From the IMG/VR virus record IMGVR_UViG_3300042260_000461, positions 1 through 56,979 of that record: a stretch of DNA of 56,979 bases; one strand, written 5' to 3'. The stretch comes from a virus. Lineage: Duplodnaviria; Caudoviricetes. Shown piece by piece: positions 47,075 through 56,560 of the stretch. The notes below the pieces were generated by a model. That model searched no databases, was not told the origin of the DNA, and was given only the letters and a program-made list of their open reading frames with translations. Position 1 is the stretch's first letter, and each line of letters starts with the position of its first letter. Made by a program: the position numbers and the translations under genes.

Positions 47075-47385
47075 ACGCCAGCGAACCAGGCAGCAAGGAC
47101 TGGTGGCGCGTGGTGCAAACCATGCCGCCCGAAGAGGCCTTGATCTGCCTAAATGACTACCGCGCAGCGCTGGTCATCTACAACATCGGCCACCCCCAGT
47201 ACATCACCGCAGCCGCGATGCTGGTCAAGGTCAACGCCGAGATCAAACGATTCAACCGAGTCATCGACAACGGACGCTGGTACCGGGCATGCAAGAACGT
47301 GCTACCGCCCGAGCAGTTTGATGCCGTGCTGATGGAAAAACGCCGCCTGGAGGACCAGGCAATAGGACCTGTAAAGACCTTATGA
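47071..47385 (+). CDS. Hypothetical protein
   Basis: 104 aa, GTGA coupling. Confidence 0.6.
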   Translation: MNASEPGSKDWWRVVQTMPPEEALICLNDYRAALVIYNIGHPQYITAAAMLVKVNAEIKRFNRVIDNGRWYRACKNVLPPEQFDAVLMEKRRLEDQAIGPVKTL

Positions 47386-47507
47386 AATCCCTTCTCGCAT
47401 TCCTGGCCATCGTTGCCGCCATCTTCGGTGGCATCTACATCAAGTCTTGGCAGTGCCAAGAACTTTTCCCGCACGCCAACCAGGTGGCGTGCCTCTTCTG
47501 GAAGTGA
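47382..47507 (+). CDS. Small membrane peptide (41 aa)
   Basis: MKSLLAFLAIVAAIFGGIYIKSWQC...; ATGA coupling. Confidence 0.5.
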   Translation: MKSLLAFLAIVAAIFGGIYIKSWQCQELFPHANQVACLFWK

Positions 47508-47510
47508 CCC

Positions 47511-47750
47511 ATGCAAATCATCGTTTACACCAAAGACCACTGCCCTAACTGCACAACGGCAAAGCAGCTGCTGGCCGCCAAAGGCCTGCCGTTTGAAGAG
47601 CGCGACATCGATGTGCCGCTCTGGTTTGAGACCTTGAACATGCTGTACCCCGAGGCCCGCCAGATGCCGCAGATCTTCATCGATGGCCAGCGTGTCGGGG
47701 GCTTGGCTGGGCTCCAAGCAGCGCTCAAGCAACTGGAGGCGCAGTCGTGA
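47511..47750 (+). CDS. Glutaredoxin
   Basis: YTKDHCPNC, MPQIFIDG..VGG. Confidence 0.9.
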   Translation: MQIIVYTKDHCPNCTTAKQLLAAKGLPFEERDIDVPLWFETLNMLYPEARQMPQIFIDGQRVGGLAGLQAALKQLEAQS

Positions 47751-47902
47751 TCGCTTTCATCGCTGGCTTGTTCATCGGGGCCATGCTGGGCATGTTGACC
47801 GCTGCCCTGTGCGTGATCTCCAAGACCGACGACTGACGCCCATGGACTGGTGCCAAGCTGCGCAGAATCACGCTCATCCCAGCGTGACGCACCGACCCAC
47901 AG

Positions 47903-48307
47903 ATGTACCGCAGACCGCCCAAGAAAAGCCCCTACGGCAACCCCGTTGCCAAGGCCATCATCAAGCAGGAACTGACCAGCCAGATCCTGGACCACAAGAT
48001 CCGCCTGTACATCATGCAGGCCGGAGAGCCGTGCGATGCCCTGATGGAAGCCACGGGGGTTTCCATGGCCATGGTGGGCTACGCCGCAGAACTGGAAGCC
48101 GCCAAGCCTGGCAGCAAGTTCAGCCGCGAGGACCCCAAACTACGCATCCTTCGCGGTGGGCTGTCCGCCTGCCAGCAAATGCTGCTGGCCAACCGCTGGG
48201 ACCCGTTGCAGGCCACATCCATTGCCATGGGCATCGATGCCACCGTCGAGCTTGTCCCCCTTGTGAGCCCCGAAAGCCTGGCCGAAGCCATGCGCGCCCT
48301 CTCCTAA
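47903..48307 (+). CDS. Hypothetical protein
   Basis: 134-aa ORF; start uncertain. Confidence 0.6.
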   Translation: MYRRPPKKSPYGNPVAKAIIKQELTSQILDHKIRLYIMQAGEPCDALMEATGVSMAMVGYAAELEAAKPGSKFSREDPKLRILRGGLSACQQMLLANRWDPLQATSIAMGIDATVELVPLVSPESLAEAMRALS

Positions 48308-48362
48308 CTGTCACCTGTGTTGCAAAGACCGCAATTTTTTGCGGTCGATTATCCATATATGG

Positions 48363-48429
48363 TTGCATTGATATCCGTATGCGGATATGATTGAGCCGTA
48401 GTCAGGAACTTTTATAGGAGTCAGGAACC
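48363..48429 (+). promoter_or_regulatory. Second operator-controlled early promoter
   Basis: TTGCAT-17-TATGAT with palindrome ATATCCGTATGCGGATAT (48371-48388); leader nearly identical to the one at 43709-43736. Confidence 0.75.
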
Positions 48430-48699
48430 ATGAACCAAGCCCAAATCGAAGCACTGGCCAACGCCAATGCCTTCCTCAACAACGCAGGCCTGCCGCTCAT
48501 TCAAGAGCGGATCGTGCAAGTCCAAGTCAGGAACGTGTACGGCAAAGCCACCGTTTACCCCGCCAACGAAACCGCCGAGTTCTTCGCGGCCATCGCCGGA
48601 ACCAAAACCCTCGCGCCAGTTGTCCTGGCCTACGCCAGACGGTTGGGCTTCGACATCAAGCAAGTCGAGGCCTACCAACTGGATGAGGTGGCCGCATGA
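48430..48699 (+). CDS. Hypothetical phage protein
   Basis: VRNVYGKATVYPANETA..IAGTKTL. Confidence 0.7.
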   Translation: MNQAQIEALANANAFLNNAGLPLIQERIVQVQVRNVYGKATVYPANETAEFFAAIAGTKTLAPVVLAYARRLGFDIKQVEAYQLDEVAA

Positions 48700-48929
48700 C
48701 CCTCATTCAACGTCAAACCCGCATCGTGCGCGCACTGGAGAACGTGTACCGCCGCAAGTGGCAAAACCCTGGGCAGCGGTCCAGGGCCGTGCGCCTGCTG
48801 GCCGAGTTCAACGCCAAGCGCATGGCCTTCGCGGGCTACACCGCTGACGATGCCCGCGCCAGCTTCAAGCAGTGCATGGACATGGCCATGCTCAACATCA
48901 ACTCAGGGCCTTTGTTCGCCCAGCAATAA
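48696..48929 (+). CDS. Hypothetical protein
   Basis: 77 aa, GAGG RBS. Confidence 0.65.
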   Translation: MTLIQRQTRIVRALENVYRRKWQNPGQRSRAVRLLAEFNAKRMAFAGYTADDARASFKQCMDMAMLNINSGPLFAQQ

Positions 48930-48960
48930 CCGCATCCGGATTTTTTGAAAGGAAACCAAC

Positions 48961-49806
48961 GTGAGTAACGAAAACACTTCCCTCTCTGTCAGGCCCGCGA
49001 GCCAAGTGGACCTCAGCCCTCAAACCTTTGAGCAGGCCCTGACGTTCTCCAACTACCTGGCCGATTCAGACCTGGTGCCCAAGGACTTCAAGGGCAAGCC
49101 CGGCAACTGCCTGATCGCCATGCAGTGGGGCGCAGAACTTGGCCTCAAGCCCTTGCAGGCCCTCTCCAACATCGCGGTCATCAACGGTCGCGCCGCTTTG
49201 TGGGGTGATGCAGTCATCGCCTTGGTGCGTAGCAGCCCCTTGTGCGAGTACGTGCAGGAATCCGATGACGGTCACACAGCAACCTGCCGAGTCAAGCGCA
49301 GGGGCGAGGCCGAGCAGGTCGTGACGTTCAGCGTGGACGATGCCAAGGCCGCAGGTCTGCACGGCAAGCAAGGCCCATGGACGCAGTACCCCAAGCGCAT
49401 GCGCCAGATGCGCGCCCGCGCCTTTGCCCTGCGTGACGTTTTCCCCGATGTGTTGCGCGGTATGCCGGTGGCCGAGGAAGTCTTCGACACGCCGACCAAT
49501 GTCATTGACCCATCGACCGGCGAAATCAGCCCGGCACCGGCGCCAGCACGCCCCACCCTGGCCGCTTATCCCGAGGCCGACTTCAACGCCAACTTGCCCA
49601 GCTGGCGCAAGGCCGTTGAGGCTGGGCGCAAAACGCCCGACGAACTGATCTCCATGGTCAGCACCAAGGGCGTGCTGTCCGAAGCGCAGAAGAAGGCCAT
49701 CCAGAACCTGGCCCCCATCGATGCGCAATCCGCTGTCACCGATCCCGGCACCGCCGCAGCTGGTGGCGCGCCCGCCATTGATCCCTTTGTCCAAGCCATG
49801 GAGTAA
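48961..49806 (+). CDS. RecT/Beta-like single-strand annealing protein
   Basis: GKPGNCLIAMQWGAELGL.P.QAL..IAVINGR; W..YPKRM..RA..LRD.FPD. Confidence 0.85.
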   Translation: MSNENTSLSVRPASQVDLSPQTFEQALTFSNYLADSDLVPKDFKGKPGNCLIAMQWGAELGLKPLQALSNIAVINGRAALWGDAVIALVRSSPLCEYVQESDDGHTATCRVKRRGEAEQVVTFSVDDAKAAGLHGKQGPWTQYPKRMRQMRARAFALRDVFPDVLRGMPVAEEVFDTPTNVIDPSTGEISPAPAPARPTLAAYPEADFNANLPSWRKAVEAGRKTPDELISMVSTKGVLSEAQKKAIQNLAPIDAQSAVTDPGTAAAGGAPAIDPFVQAME

Positions 49807-49811
49807 CCCAC

Positions 49812-51515
49812 ATGAAGACCATCAATCTGATCCAGGGCACGCCCGAATGGCACGCCCACCGCGCCACGCACTTCAACGCCAGCGATGCCCCGGCCATGAT
49901 GGGGTGCGGCCTGAAATCTCGCACCGAACTGCTGGCCGAGTTGCACACGGCCATCAAGCCAGATGTCAGCCAGTACGTGCAAGAGCGCGTGTTCGATCCC
50001 GGCCACCGATTTGAGGCCCTGGCCCGCCCCTTGGCCGAAAAGATCATCGGCGAAGACCTCTACCCCGTGACTGGCGTCAATGGCGAATACAGCGCCAGCT
50101 TTGACGGGCTCACCCTCATGGAAGACGTGGCCTTTGAGCACAAAACGCTCAACGATGCTTTGCGCGCTGCTTTTGATGACATGGAGACCATGGCTCCCGA
50201 GTACCGGGAAACCGCTTCCGCTGGCCGATGCCTGCCTCTCATGTACCGGGTGCAGATGGAGCACCAGGCCTTGGTCTCGAATTGCGAGCGGGTCCTGTTC
50301 ATGGCCAGCGAGTGGGACGCTGACGACAAGCTGATCGCAGAGCGCCACTGCTGGTACAAGCCCGATCCCGAACTGCGCGCCAAGATCGTCGCAGGCTGGG
50401 CGCAACTGGCCGAAGACCTCAAGACCTACACGCCCGCCCCCGTGGCCGAGCCTGCGCCCACCGGCAAGGCCCCCGAGACCCTGCCCGCCCTTCGCATCGA
50501 AGTGACCGGCGCTGTCACAGCATCCAACCTGGCCGCATTCAAGGAAACAGCGCTTGCCGCCATCCGTTCTGTCAACCGCGACCTCAAAACCGATCAGGAC
50601 TTCGCAGACGCAGACGCCAGCGTCAAGTGGTGCAGCGATGTCGAAAGCCGCCTGGCCGCAGCCAAAGAGCATGCCCTGAGCCAAACAGCCAGCATCGACG
50701 CCCTGTTCAAAGCCATCGATGACATCAGCGCCGAGGCCCGCAAAGTCCGCCTCGACCTTGAAAAACTGGTCAAGGCCCGCAAAGACCAGATCCGCATGGA
50801 GATCGTGTCGGAGGCTGTCACCAAGGGCAACGAACACATGCGCATCCTCAATGAGCGCATCGGCAAGCCGCTCATGCCCGCCGTGCCCGCCGACTATGCC
50901 GGTGTCATCAAGGGCAAACGGTCCATCACCAGCTTGCGCGATGCCGTGGATACCGAATTGGCGCGAGTGAAGATCGCGGCCAACGAAATCGCGGACCGCA
51001 TCACGCTCAACCTGCGCGCCATTCAGGCCGCAGAACACGACCACCTGTTCCCAGACCTTGGGAGCCTGACGCTCAAGAACCCCGATGACCTGGCCGCTGT
51101 GATCGCCCAGCGCGTGGCCAAGTACACGGAACTGGAAGCAGAGCGCAAAGCGCGTGAAGACGAAGTGGCTGCCAAAGCCGCCGCCGTGGTGCAGCAAGCC
51201 GCAACGCAAGCGCCAATCGCCCAAGCCGTGGCCGATGCAATTGTGGGCGGCACAGGCATCGCACGGGTTGCCGCTGGCCATGTCACCCGCATCGACCCGG
51301 CACAGATCCACGACACGGGCGAGCGCATCAAGCTGGGCGACATCAATGCCCGCTTGTCACCCATCGCCCTCACCGCTGACGGGCTCGCCCAACTGGGCTT
51401 TGTGCACGTAGCGACCGACAAGTCGGCCAAGTTGTACCGCGAGTCCGATTTCCCCGCCATTTGCGCCGCACTGGTCAAACACATCACCGATGTGTCATCG
51501 CCAGTGATGGCCTAA
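49812..51515 (+). CDS. YqaJ/lambda-exo-like exonuclease with coiled-coil extension
   Basis: QGTPEWHAHR..ASDAP..ASFDG..FEHK..Q.EHQ. Confidence 0.9.
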   Translation: MKTINLIQGTPEWHAHRATHFNASDAPAMMGCGLKSRTELLAELHTAIKPDVSQYVQERVFDPGHRFEALARPLAEKIIGEDLYPVTGVNGEYSASFDGLTLMEDVAFEHKTLNDALRAAFDDMETMAPEYRETASAGRCLPLMYRVQMEHQALVSNCERVLFMASEWDADDKLIAERHCWYKPDPELRAKIVAGWAQLAEDLKTYTPAPVAEPAPTGKAPETLPALRIEVTGAVTASNLAAFKETALAAIRSVNRDLKTDQDFADADASVKWCSDVESRLAAAKEHALSQTASIDALFKAIDDISAEARKVRLDLEKLVKARKDQIRMEIVSEAVTKGNEHMRILNERIGKPLMPAVPADYAGVIKGKRSITSLRDAVDTELARVKIAANEIADRITLNLRAIQAAEHDHLFPDLGSLTLKNPDDLAAVIAQRVAKYTELEAERKAREDEVAAKAAAVVQQAATQAPIAQAVADAIVGGTGIARVAAGHVTRIDPAQIHDTGERIKLGDINARLSPIALTADGLAQLGFVHVATDKSAKLYRESDFPAICAALVKHITDVSSPVMA

Positions 51516-51547
51516 CCAATCTCTCCACCACCCTAAAGGAAGTCTCC

Positions 51548-51868
51548 ATGAACCAAGAAAACACCCAGTCGCCCGAGTCCGCAGAACCAGCGGAAAAGAA
51601 GCGCCCAAACATCGCACTCACCCCGGTTGAATCCAACCAGGTCAAGGCCATTGGATACGACGAGGCCACCAAGACGCTGGCCGTGACGTTCACCCGTGGC
51701 GCTGGCGCGATCTATCACTACCCCGATGTGAGCAAAGAAACATTCGAGGCCTTCATCGGTGCCGAATCCATCGGCAAGTTCTTTGGCCAACACATCAAGC
51801 CCCTGGCGTTTGAGAAGTTCGCGCCCGAGCCCGTCATCGAAGCCGAACAGACCGAAGAAGCGGCGTAA
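51548..51868 (+). CDS. KTSC domain protein
   Basis: VESNQVKAIGYD..L.V.F..YHY.DV..AESIGKFF. Confidence 0.85.
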   Translation: MNQENTQSPESAEPAEKKRPNIALTPVESNQVKAIGYDEATKTLAVTFTRGAGAIYHYPDVSKETFEAFIGAESIGKFFGQHIKPLAFEKFAPEPVIEAEQTEEAA

Positions 51869-51873
51869 CGAAT

Positions 51874-51936
51874 TGGCCGAAAGCGGATGCTTTTGGAGCG
51901 AATAGCGATCTACCAATGGACGCAGCGAGTAGGCCA
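51874..51936 (+). ncRNA. Putative structured RNA element, copy 1
   Basis: TGGCC-GAAA..GCAGCGAGTA-GGCCA closing stem, shared with 52337-52474. Confidence 0.4.
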
Positions 51937-51962
51937 CCCATCACCAACCACCAGGAGCAACC

Positions 51963-52328
51963 ATGCACGAAACCACCAACCGCCCCACCACAGCGCCAAC
52001 CGATGTCCCGGAGTTCATCACCGACTTGGACGGTGGGCAGTTTGAATTGCTGATGTCTCAGGCCTTGAGCGAATCCGCAGCCGCCGCCGTGGACTTTGGT
52101 CGAGTGGCCGAAGTCACCGTGAAATTCAAGATCGAGCAAATCATGGGCACCCACCAGGTGCGCATCCAGCACGACACCAAATTCACACGCCCAACATCGA
52201 TGGGCAAGAAGAGCGAAGAGACCAGCGGTGCGACCGTCCTGCACGTGGGCAAATATGGCCGCTTGACGCTGGCCCAGCCCAGCCTCTTGGACAAAGAGAA
52301 CCGCCAACAGTCGTTCCCCACCGCCTAA
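51963..52328 (+). CDS. Hypothetical protein (YfdP-like partner of DUF2303)
   Basis: TDVPEFITDLDGGQF..LHVGKYGRLTL. Confidence 0.7.
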   Translation: MHETTNRPTTAPTDVPEFITDLDGGQFELLMSQALSESAAAAVDFGRVAEVTVKFKIEQIMGTHQVRIQHDTKFTRPTSMGKKSEETSGATVLHVGKYGRLTLAQPSLLDKENRQQSFPTA

Positions 52329-52336
52329 GCAATTAC

Positions 52337-52474
52337 GGGCCGAAAACTGTCCGGAAGTGAGAAGTCACACCAGGGCAGGCGAAAGCCGATGAAGTTCCGT
52401 CCATTGTCACAGTCAGCCCGAATGGGTCGAAGTCCCGAGAAGCGCAGCAATGGAGACAGGCAGCGAGTAGGCCC
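52337..52474 (+). ncRNA. Putative structured RNA element, copy 2
   Basis: GGGCC-GAAA..GCAGCGAGTA-GGCCC with internal hairpins (GGC-GAAA-GCC, CCATTG/CAATGG, CTGTC/GACAG). Confidence 0.45.
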
Positions 52475-52509
52475 ACCAACACACACACAACAAATTTAGG
52501 AATCACAAC

Positions 52510-53358
52510 ATGTTCGACAAAGAAGCAATTGAAGTCCTCCAGGATGGCGCATCCATCCTGCAAGCCAGTAACGCGATTTCGCATGCGTTTGAGGAAAGGG
52601 CTGTCGTAGCCCTGCCCGAGAAGTTCGACACCCGCGACCTGGAGCAGTACTTGCCCAACCGCCGCCGCGCTCGCGGCACCATGGCTACCAGCGCCGCCGA
52701 GGACTTTGCGGAATACGTCAAGGCCCACAAGGAAGAAGGCGCATGCGTGTTCGTCAGCCAGGACGCCATGAAGTCGGTGGCCGTGCTGAACCTGGGCACC
52801 CCGGACAAGCCTGGCCATGCCGACAACAAGGCCGCGCTGGTCCTGGAGAAGACATCGGCCTACACCAGCCTGCTCACGCACGCCAGCGGTCGCGCCATGA
52901 CCCAATCAGGCGTGGCCGAGTTCATCGAGGACTGGACGGCTCAGATCCAGTGCTTCAACGACGATGGCCCCATCGTGATCGCCCATGCCGTGGCCGCTGT
53001 GCGCAAGATGAGCATCGAGGCGATGCGCAAGGTCGAAAGCGCCGAGCAGAGCCTGAGCGCCAGCAAAAGCAGCTTTGAGCAAGTGTCGGCCACCAGCAAG
53101 GACCCGCTGCCCACGTTCATCCACTTCACCTGCGAGCCCTATCACGGTCTGGAGTCGCGCACGTTCGTCATGCGTCTGAGCGTCATCACCTCCAACGACA
53201 AGCCCTCGATCTCGCTGCGCATCATCAAGCTCGAAGAGCACCAGGAAGCCATGGCCAAAGAACTGGCCGAACTGACCCGCAAGGCGCTGCGCGAAAACCA
53301 GTACAGCGCAGCAAGCCTGATCGTCCCGGTCCTTCTGGGCGAGTACTCCAAGAACTGA
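52510..53358 (+). CDS. DUF2303 (YfdQ) family protein
   Basis: DLEQYLPNRRRARG..LNLGTPDKPGHADNKA..AEFIEDW. Confidence 0.85.
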   Translation: MFDKEAIEVLQDGASILQASNAISHAFEERAVVALPEKFDTRDLEQYLPNRRRARGTMATSAAEDFAEYVKAHKEEGACVFVSQDAMKSVAVLNLGTPDKPGHADNKAALVLEKTSAYTSLLTHASGRAMTQSGVAEFIEDWTAQIQCFNDDGPIVIAHAVAAVRKMSIEAMRKVESAEQSLSASKSSFEQVSATSKDPLPTFIHFTCEPYHGLESRTFVMRLSVITSNDKPSISLRIIKLEEHQEAMAKELAELTRKALRENQYSAASLIVPVLLGEYSKN

Positions 53359-53374
53359 CGAAAGGCCTGCAACC

Positions 53375-53683
53375 ATGAACAACGAACAACAATTCGAGCA
53401 GGCCCTGATCGATAAGGGGCTCAATGCCCCGCGCCTGCGCCCCGATGACATCGATGCGGTCATCGTCCACGCCCAATACCACGTGTTTCCCGGCACCGTG
53501 CACACCGTCTGCTGCCTGACCCTCGTCAACGGCTTTACCGTCACGGGTGAAAACGCATGCGTAAGCCGTGAAAACTGGGACCAGGCCACTGGGCAACAAG
53601 AGGCCTACGCCAATGCCCGCGAAAAAGTCTGGCAACTGGAGGGCTATCTGCTCAAGCAGCGCCTGGCAGGGGGTGAGGCATGA
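53375..53683 (+). CDS. Gp49-family protein (N4 gp49/Sf6 gp66-like)
   Basis: TVCCLTLVNGFTVTGENACVS.EN..VWQLEGYLLK. Confidence 0.8.
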   Translation: MNNEQQFEQALIDKGLNAPRLRPDDIDAVIVHAQYHVFPGTVHTVCCLTLVNGFTVTGENACVSRENWDQATGQQEAYANAREKVWQLEGYLLKQRLAGGEA

Positions 53684-54081
53684 GCGACTTCACACTTAAC
53701 CCGGATCTGATTGTCCAGGCCGCCGAGGTATTGCAGCGCCAATGTCATGGTGCTGCCAATGCCGCTGGCTGGTGGCATGACCTTCAGACAGGCGCAAGCA
53801 TCACAACAAACCCGTACTGTTTCAGTAACAAGCTGTGCTTGATTCACAGTGAGGTCAGCGAATCCATGGAGGGCGACCGTAAGGGCCTGATGGATGACAA
53901 GCTGCCGCACCGCCCCATGCGTGAAGTCGAGCTAGCAGATGCGGTCATCCGCATCTTTGACCTGGCGGGCGCTTACCGCATGGACCTGGCTGGTGCAATT
54001 GCCGAAAAGATGGCCTTCAACGCCAGCAGAGCAGACCACAAGATCGAAAACCGCGCCGCAGAAGGCGGCAAGAAATTCTGA
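53680..54081 (+). CDS. MazG-like nucleotide pyrophosphohydrolase
   Basis: LIHSEVSESMEG..EVELADAVIRIFDLA..EKMAFN..R. Confidence 0.8.
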   Translation: MSDFTLNPDLIVQAAEVLQRQCHGAANAAGWWHDLQTGASITTNPYCFSNKLCLIHSEVSESMEGDRKGLMDDKLPHRPMREVELADAVIRIFDLAGAYRMDLAGAIAEKMAFNASRADHKIENRAAEGGKKF

Positions 54082-54090
54082 AAGAACACC

Positions 54091-54312
54091 ATGAGCGCAA
54101 CACGCCCCTACATCGTCACCGACAAAGCCGGTGCACCCCGCCTGGTGCAAGCCAGCAACCAGGCCCAAGCCCTGCGACATGCAGCCATCAACCAGTTCAC
54201 GGTGCGCGCCGCCACCGCCAATGAGGTCATTGAACTCATGACCAGTGGCGTGCAGCCCGAAATGGCCAGCCAAGAAGCGGCGAGCCAGGACAAGGAGCAG
54301 CCCGAATGCTGA
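54091..54312 (+). CDS. Hypothetical protein
   Basis: RLVQASNQAQALRHAA phage motif. Confidence 0.65.
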   Translation: MSATRPYIVTDKAGAPRLVQASNQAQALRHAAINQFTVRAATANEVIELMTSGVQPEMASQEAASQDKEQPEC

Positions 54313-54785
54313 ACAAGGCCCAGATCATTGGAAGACTGGGCCGTGACCCAGAGGTCCGCTACATGCCCAGCGGCGAGGCAGTCTGCAACTTCTCAGTGGC
54401 CACCGCCGAGAAGTGGAAAGACAAAGCCAGCGGCGAGGTCAAGGAAGAGACCACCTGGCACCGCATCACCGCCTTCGGCAGACAAGCCGAAATCGTGGGC
54501 GAGTACTTGCGCAAGGGCTCGCTGGTGTTCATCGAAGGCAAGATGACCCAGCGCGCCTACGCCGACAAAGACGGGGCCGAAAAGGTCTCCCACGAGATCC
54601 GCATGCAGGACATGAAGATGCTCAGCAGCCGCGAAGCCGGTCAGGGTGGCCAAAGTGGCGGCGGCAATGCTGGCCAACCTGCCCAACGTCCCTCCGCCGC
54701 TCCCCAGGCATCCGGCCAGGCGCGCCCTACCCGACCGCCAGCGCTCAACAACTTTGACGACATGGATGACGACATCCCCTTTTAG
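54306..54785 (+). CDS. ssb: Single-stranded DNA-binding protein
   Basis: LNKAQIIGRLGRDPEVRY; acidic DDDIPF tail. Confidence 0.95.
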   Translation: MLNKAQIIGRLGRDPEVRYMPSGEAVCNFSVATAEKWKDKASGEVKEETTWHRITAFGRQAEIVGEYLRKGSLVFIEGKMTQRAYADKDGAEKVSHEIRMQDMKMLSSREAGQGGQSGGGNAGQPAQRPSAAPQASGQARPTRPPALNNFDDMDDDIPF

Positions 54786-54808
54786 ACCCCAACTACCGAG
54801 ATCCACCC

Positions 54809-55087
54809 ATGAGCGAACAAGACCAACAACTCACCTTCACCGGCAGCCCAACAACAATTGGCACCGACATCTTCATCCAGTGCGTGATGCCCATCATCAA
54901 GCAGGTGCAGCAGCAACCCACGGCCAATGCCCAAAGCGTTGCGCAGTTCTACGCTGGGTTCATGGCGGCCCTCAGTGGCTGCATTGCCGCCGACTTTGAC
55001 AAGGAGATCGCCGTGGAAATACTGCGCGGCACCGCCGACCGGCTGGGGCGCACCGAGCTACCTGGAGAGGAAGCCGCGCCCCACTAA
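54809..55087 (+). CDS. Hypothetical protein
   Basis: 92-aa ORF in the operon. Confidence 0.6.
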   Translation: MSEQDQQLTFTGSPTTIGTDIFIQCVMPIIKQVQQQPTANAQSVAQFYAGFMAALSGCIAADFDKEIAVEILRGTADRLGRTELPGEEAAPH

Positions 55088-55127
55088 GGCATCGGCTTGT
55101 CATCAAATACCCGCATCCGGATAAACA

Positions 55128-55352
55128 ATGACCAGACTCATCAACCGCAAAACTCTGCTCGGAATGATTCCGCTGTCCGAGCGGGCGATCTACGACATGG
55201 AGCAGCGCGGCGACTTCCCGCGCCGCATTGCTCTGACCAGTCGCAACGTGGCGTGGCAGTTGGACGAAGTGGAGGCCTGGATTCAGCAGCGCAAGCTGTC
55301 TGGCGTCCAGGCCATGCGCCCAGGCATCACGCCGCAGGCTGTGGCCGCTTGA
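55128..55352 (+). CDS. AlpA-family excisionase / recombination directionality factor
   Basis: LSERAIYDMEQRGDFPRRIAL..VAW..EVEAW; operator-like site at 55107-55124. Confidence 0.9.
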   Translation: MTRLINRKTLLGMIPLSERAIYDMEQRGDFPRRIALTSRNVAWQLDEVEAWIQQRKLSGVQAMRPGITPQAVAA

Positions 55353-56535
55353 GCGTCCACCCGTCGATCATGTCTGCCCAGTCCTGCAACATGGCCGTGC
55401 GCTGCTCGCGGTACTCGGCCTTGTTGTACACCGCCCTCACGCCCTTTTGTTCGTGGGCCAGGGCCTTCTCGATCCAATCCGTGTTGTACCCGGCCTCGTG
55501 CAGCAATGTACTGGCCGTGCGCCGCAGGTCATGCGGCCCGAACTTGGCCAAGGCCTTCCCGTCTTTTTGGGCATTGGTGTAGACCACCTCCAGCACCCGG
55601 TTAAGCGTGGCCGAACTCATCGGCTTGTCGATGTCGTAGCGCGATGGCAGCACATAGTCTGAGCCGCCCGCGAAAGTCTTGAGCGCGATGAAGAAGTCCA
55701 GCGCCTGCCTGGACAGATAGACGTTGTGCGGATTGCGCCGCTTCATCCGCTCCTTGGGGATCGTCCACACCCCCTCAGTGAAGTTGATCTCGGACCACTT
55801 GGCATCGGACAGTTCCGACTTGCGCACCAGGGTCAGCAGCAGCAGCTTGGCCGCCGCCCTGAACTGGGGGCCGGTGCCCACCGTGTCCAGGTACTGGTAC
55901 ATGATCCCGATTTCCTCGGGCGACAGCGCCCGCTCCCTGGGCTTGAACTTGGCAATGGCCGAAGGGCGCACCAGGTCGGCGGGGTTGTCCACCTTCTTGC
56001 CGCGCTCAGAGGCCCAGCGGTAGACCTGCATCACGATCTCGCGCACGTGCACAGCGGTGGCCGGTGCGCCACGCTCCACGATGGTGTCGGTCAGCAGCCG
56101 CAGATCCTCGTGCGTGATCTCTTCGAGCAGCTTGGCCGCAAACTTGGGCTTCAACTCGCGCTCATAGACCGAGCGGCGCATGTCGCGGGTGGAGTCGGCC
56201 ATCTCGTAGCCGCGCAGCCACTTCTCGGCCCACGCGCCAAACGACTTGGCATCCTTGACCCGCGCCTTGTCGCGGGCCTTCTCTCGCGCCGGAGATCTGC
56301 CCTCGGCGATCATCCGCTTGGCCTCGTGCAGGCGCTCGCGGGCCTCAGCCAGCGTGAGCCCGCCAATGCCGTAGCGGCCAATTGTCAATGTTTCCTGGCG
56401 GCCATTGATCGAGTAGTTGTAGCGAAAGGACACCGCACCGGCAGGCGTCACCGCCACATACATGCCATCGCGGTCGGGCACCTTGTACAGCGACTCCTTG
56501 GGCTTGAGGTTGCGCAGCTTGGTATCGGTCAGCAT
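55327..56535 (-). CDS. int: Tyrosine integrase, P4-like with arm-binding domain
   Basis: MLTDTKLRNLKP arm domain; catalytic R(KSE), K, HDLRR, LAH, Y. Confidence 0.95.
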   Translation of the reverse strand: MLTDTKLRNLKPKESLYKVPDRDGMYVAVTPAGAVSFRYNYSINGRQETLTIGRYGIGGLTLAEARERLHEAKRMIAEGRSPAREKARDKARVKDAKSFGAWAEKWLRGYEMADSTRDMRRSVYERELKPKFAAKLLEEITHEDLRLLTDTIVERGAPATAVHVREIVMQVYRWASERGKKVDNPADLVRPSAIAKFKPRERALSPEEIGIMYQYLDTVGTGPQFRAAAKLLLLTLVRKSELSDAKWSEINFTEGVWTIPKERMKRRNPHNVYLSRQALDFFIALKTFAGGSDYVLPSRYDIDKPMSSATLNRVLEVVYTNAQKDGKALAKFGPHDLRRTASTLLHEAGYNTDWIEKALAHEQKGVRAVYNKAEYREQRTAMLQDWADMIDGWTLKRPQPAA

Positions 56536-56560
56536 GGCGCACCCCTCAAATCGACGCCCG

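Noticed and set aside
51874-52474. Hammerhead ribozyme or tRNA
   Set aside because: GAAA follows a stem, but there is no CUGANGA core in the right place, and no T-loop or cloverleaf.
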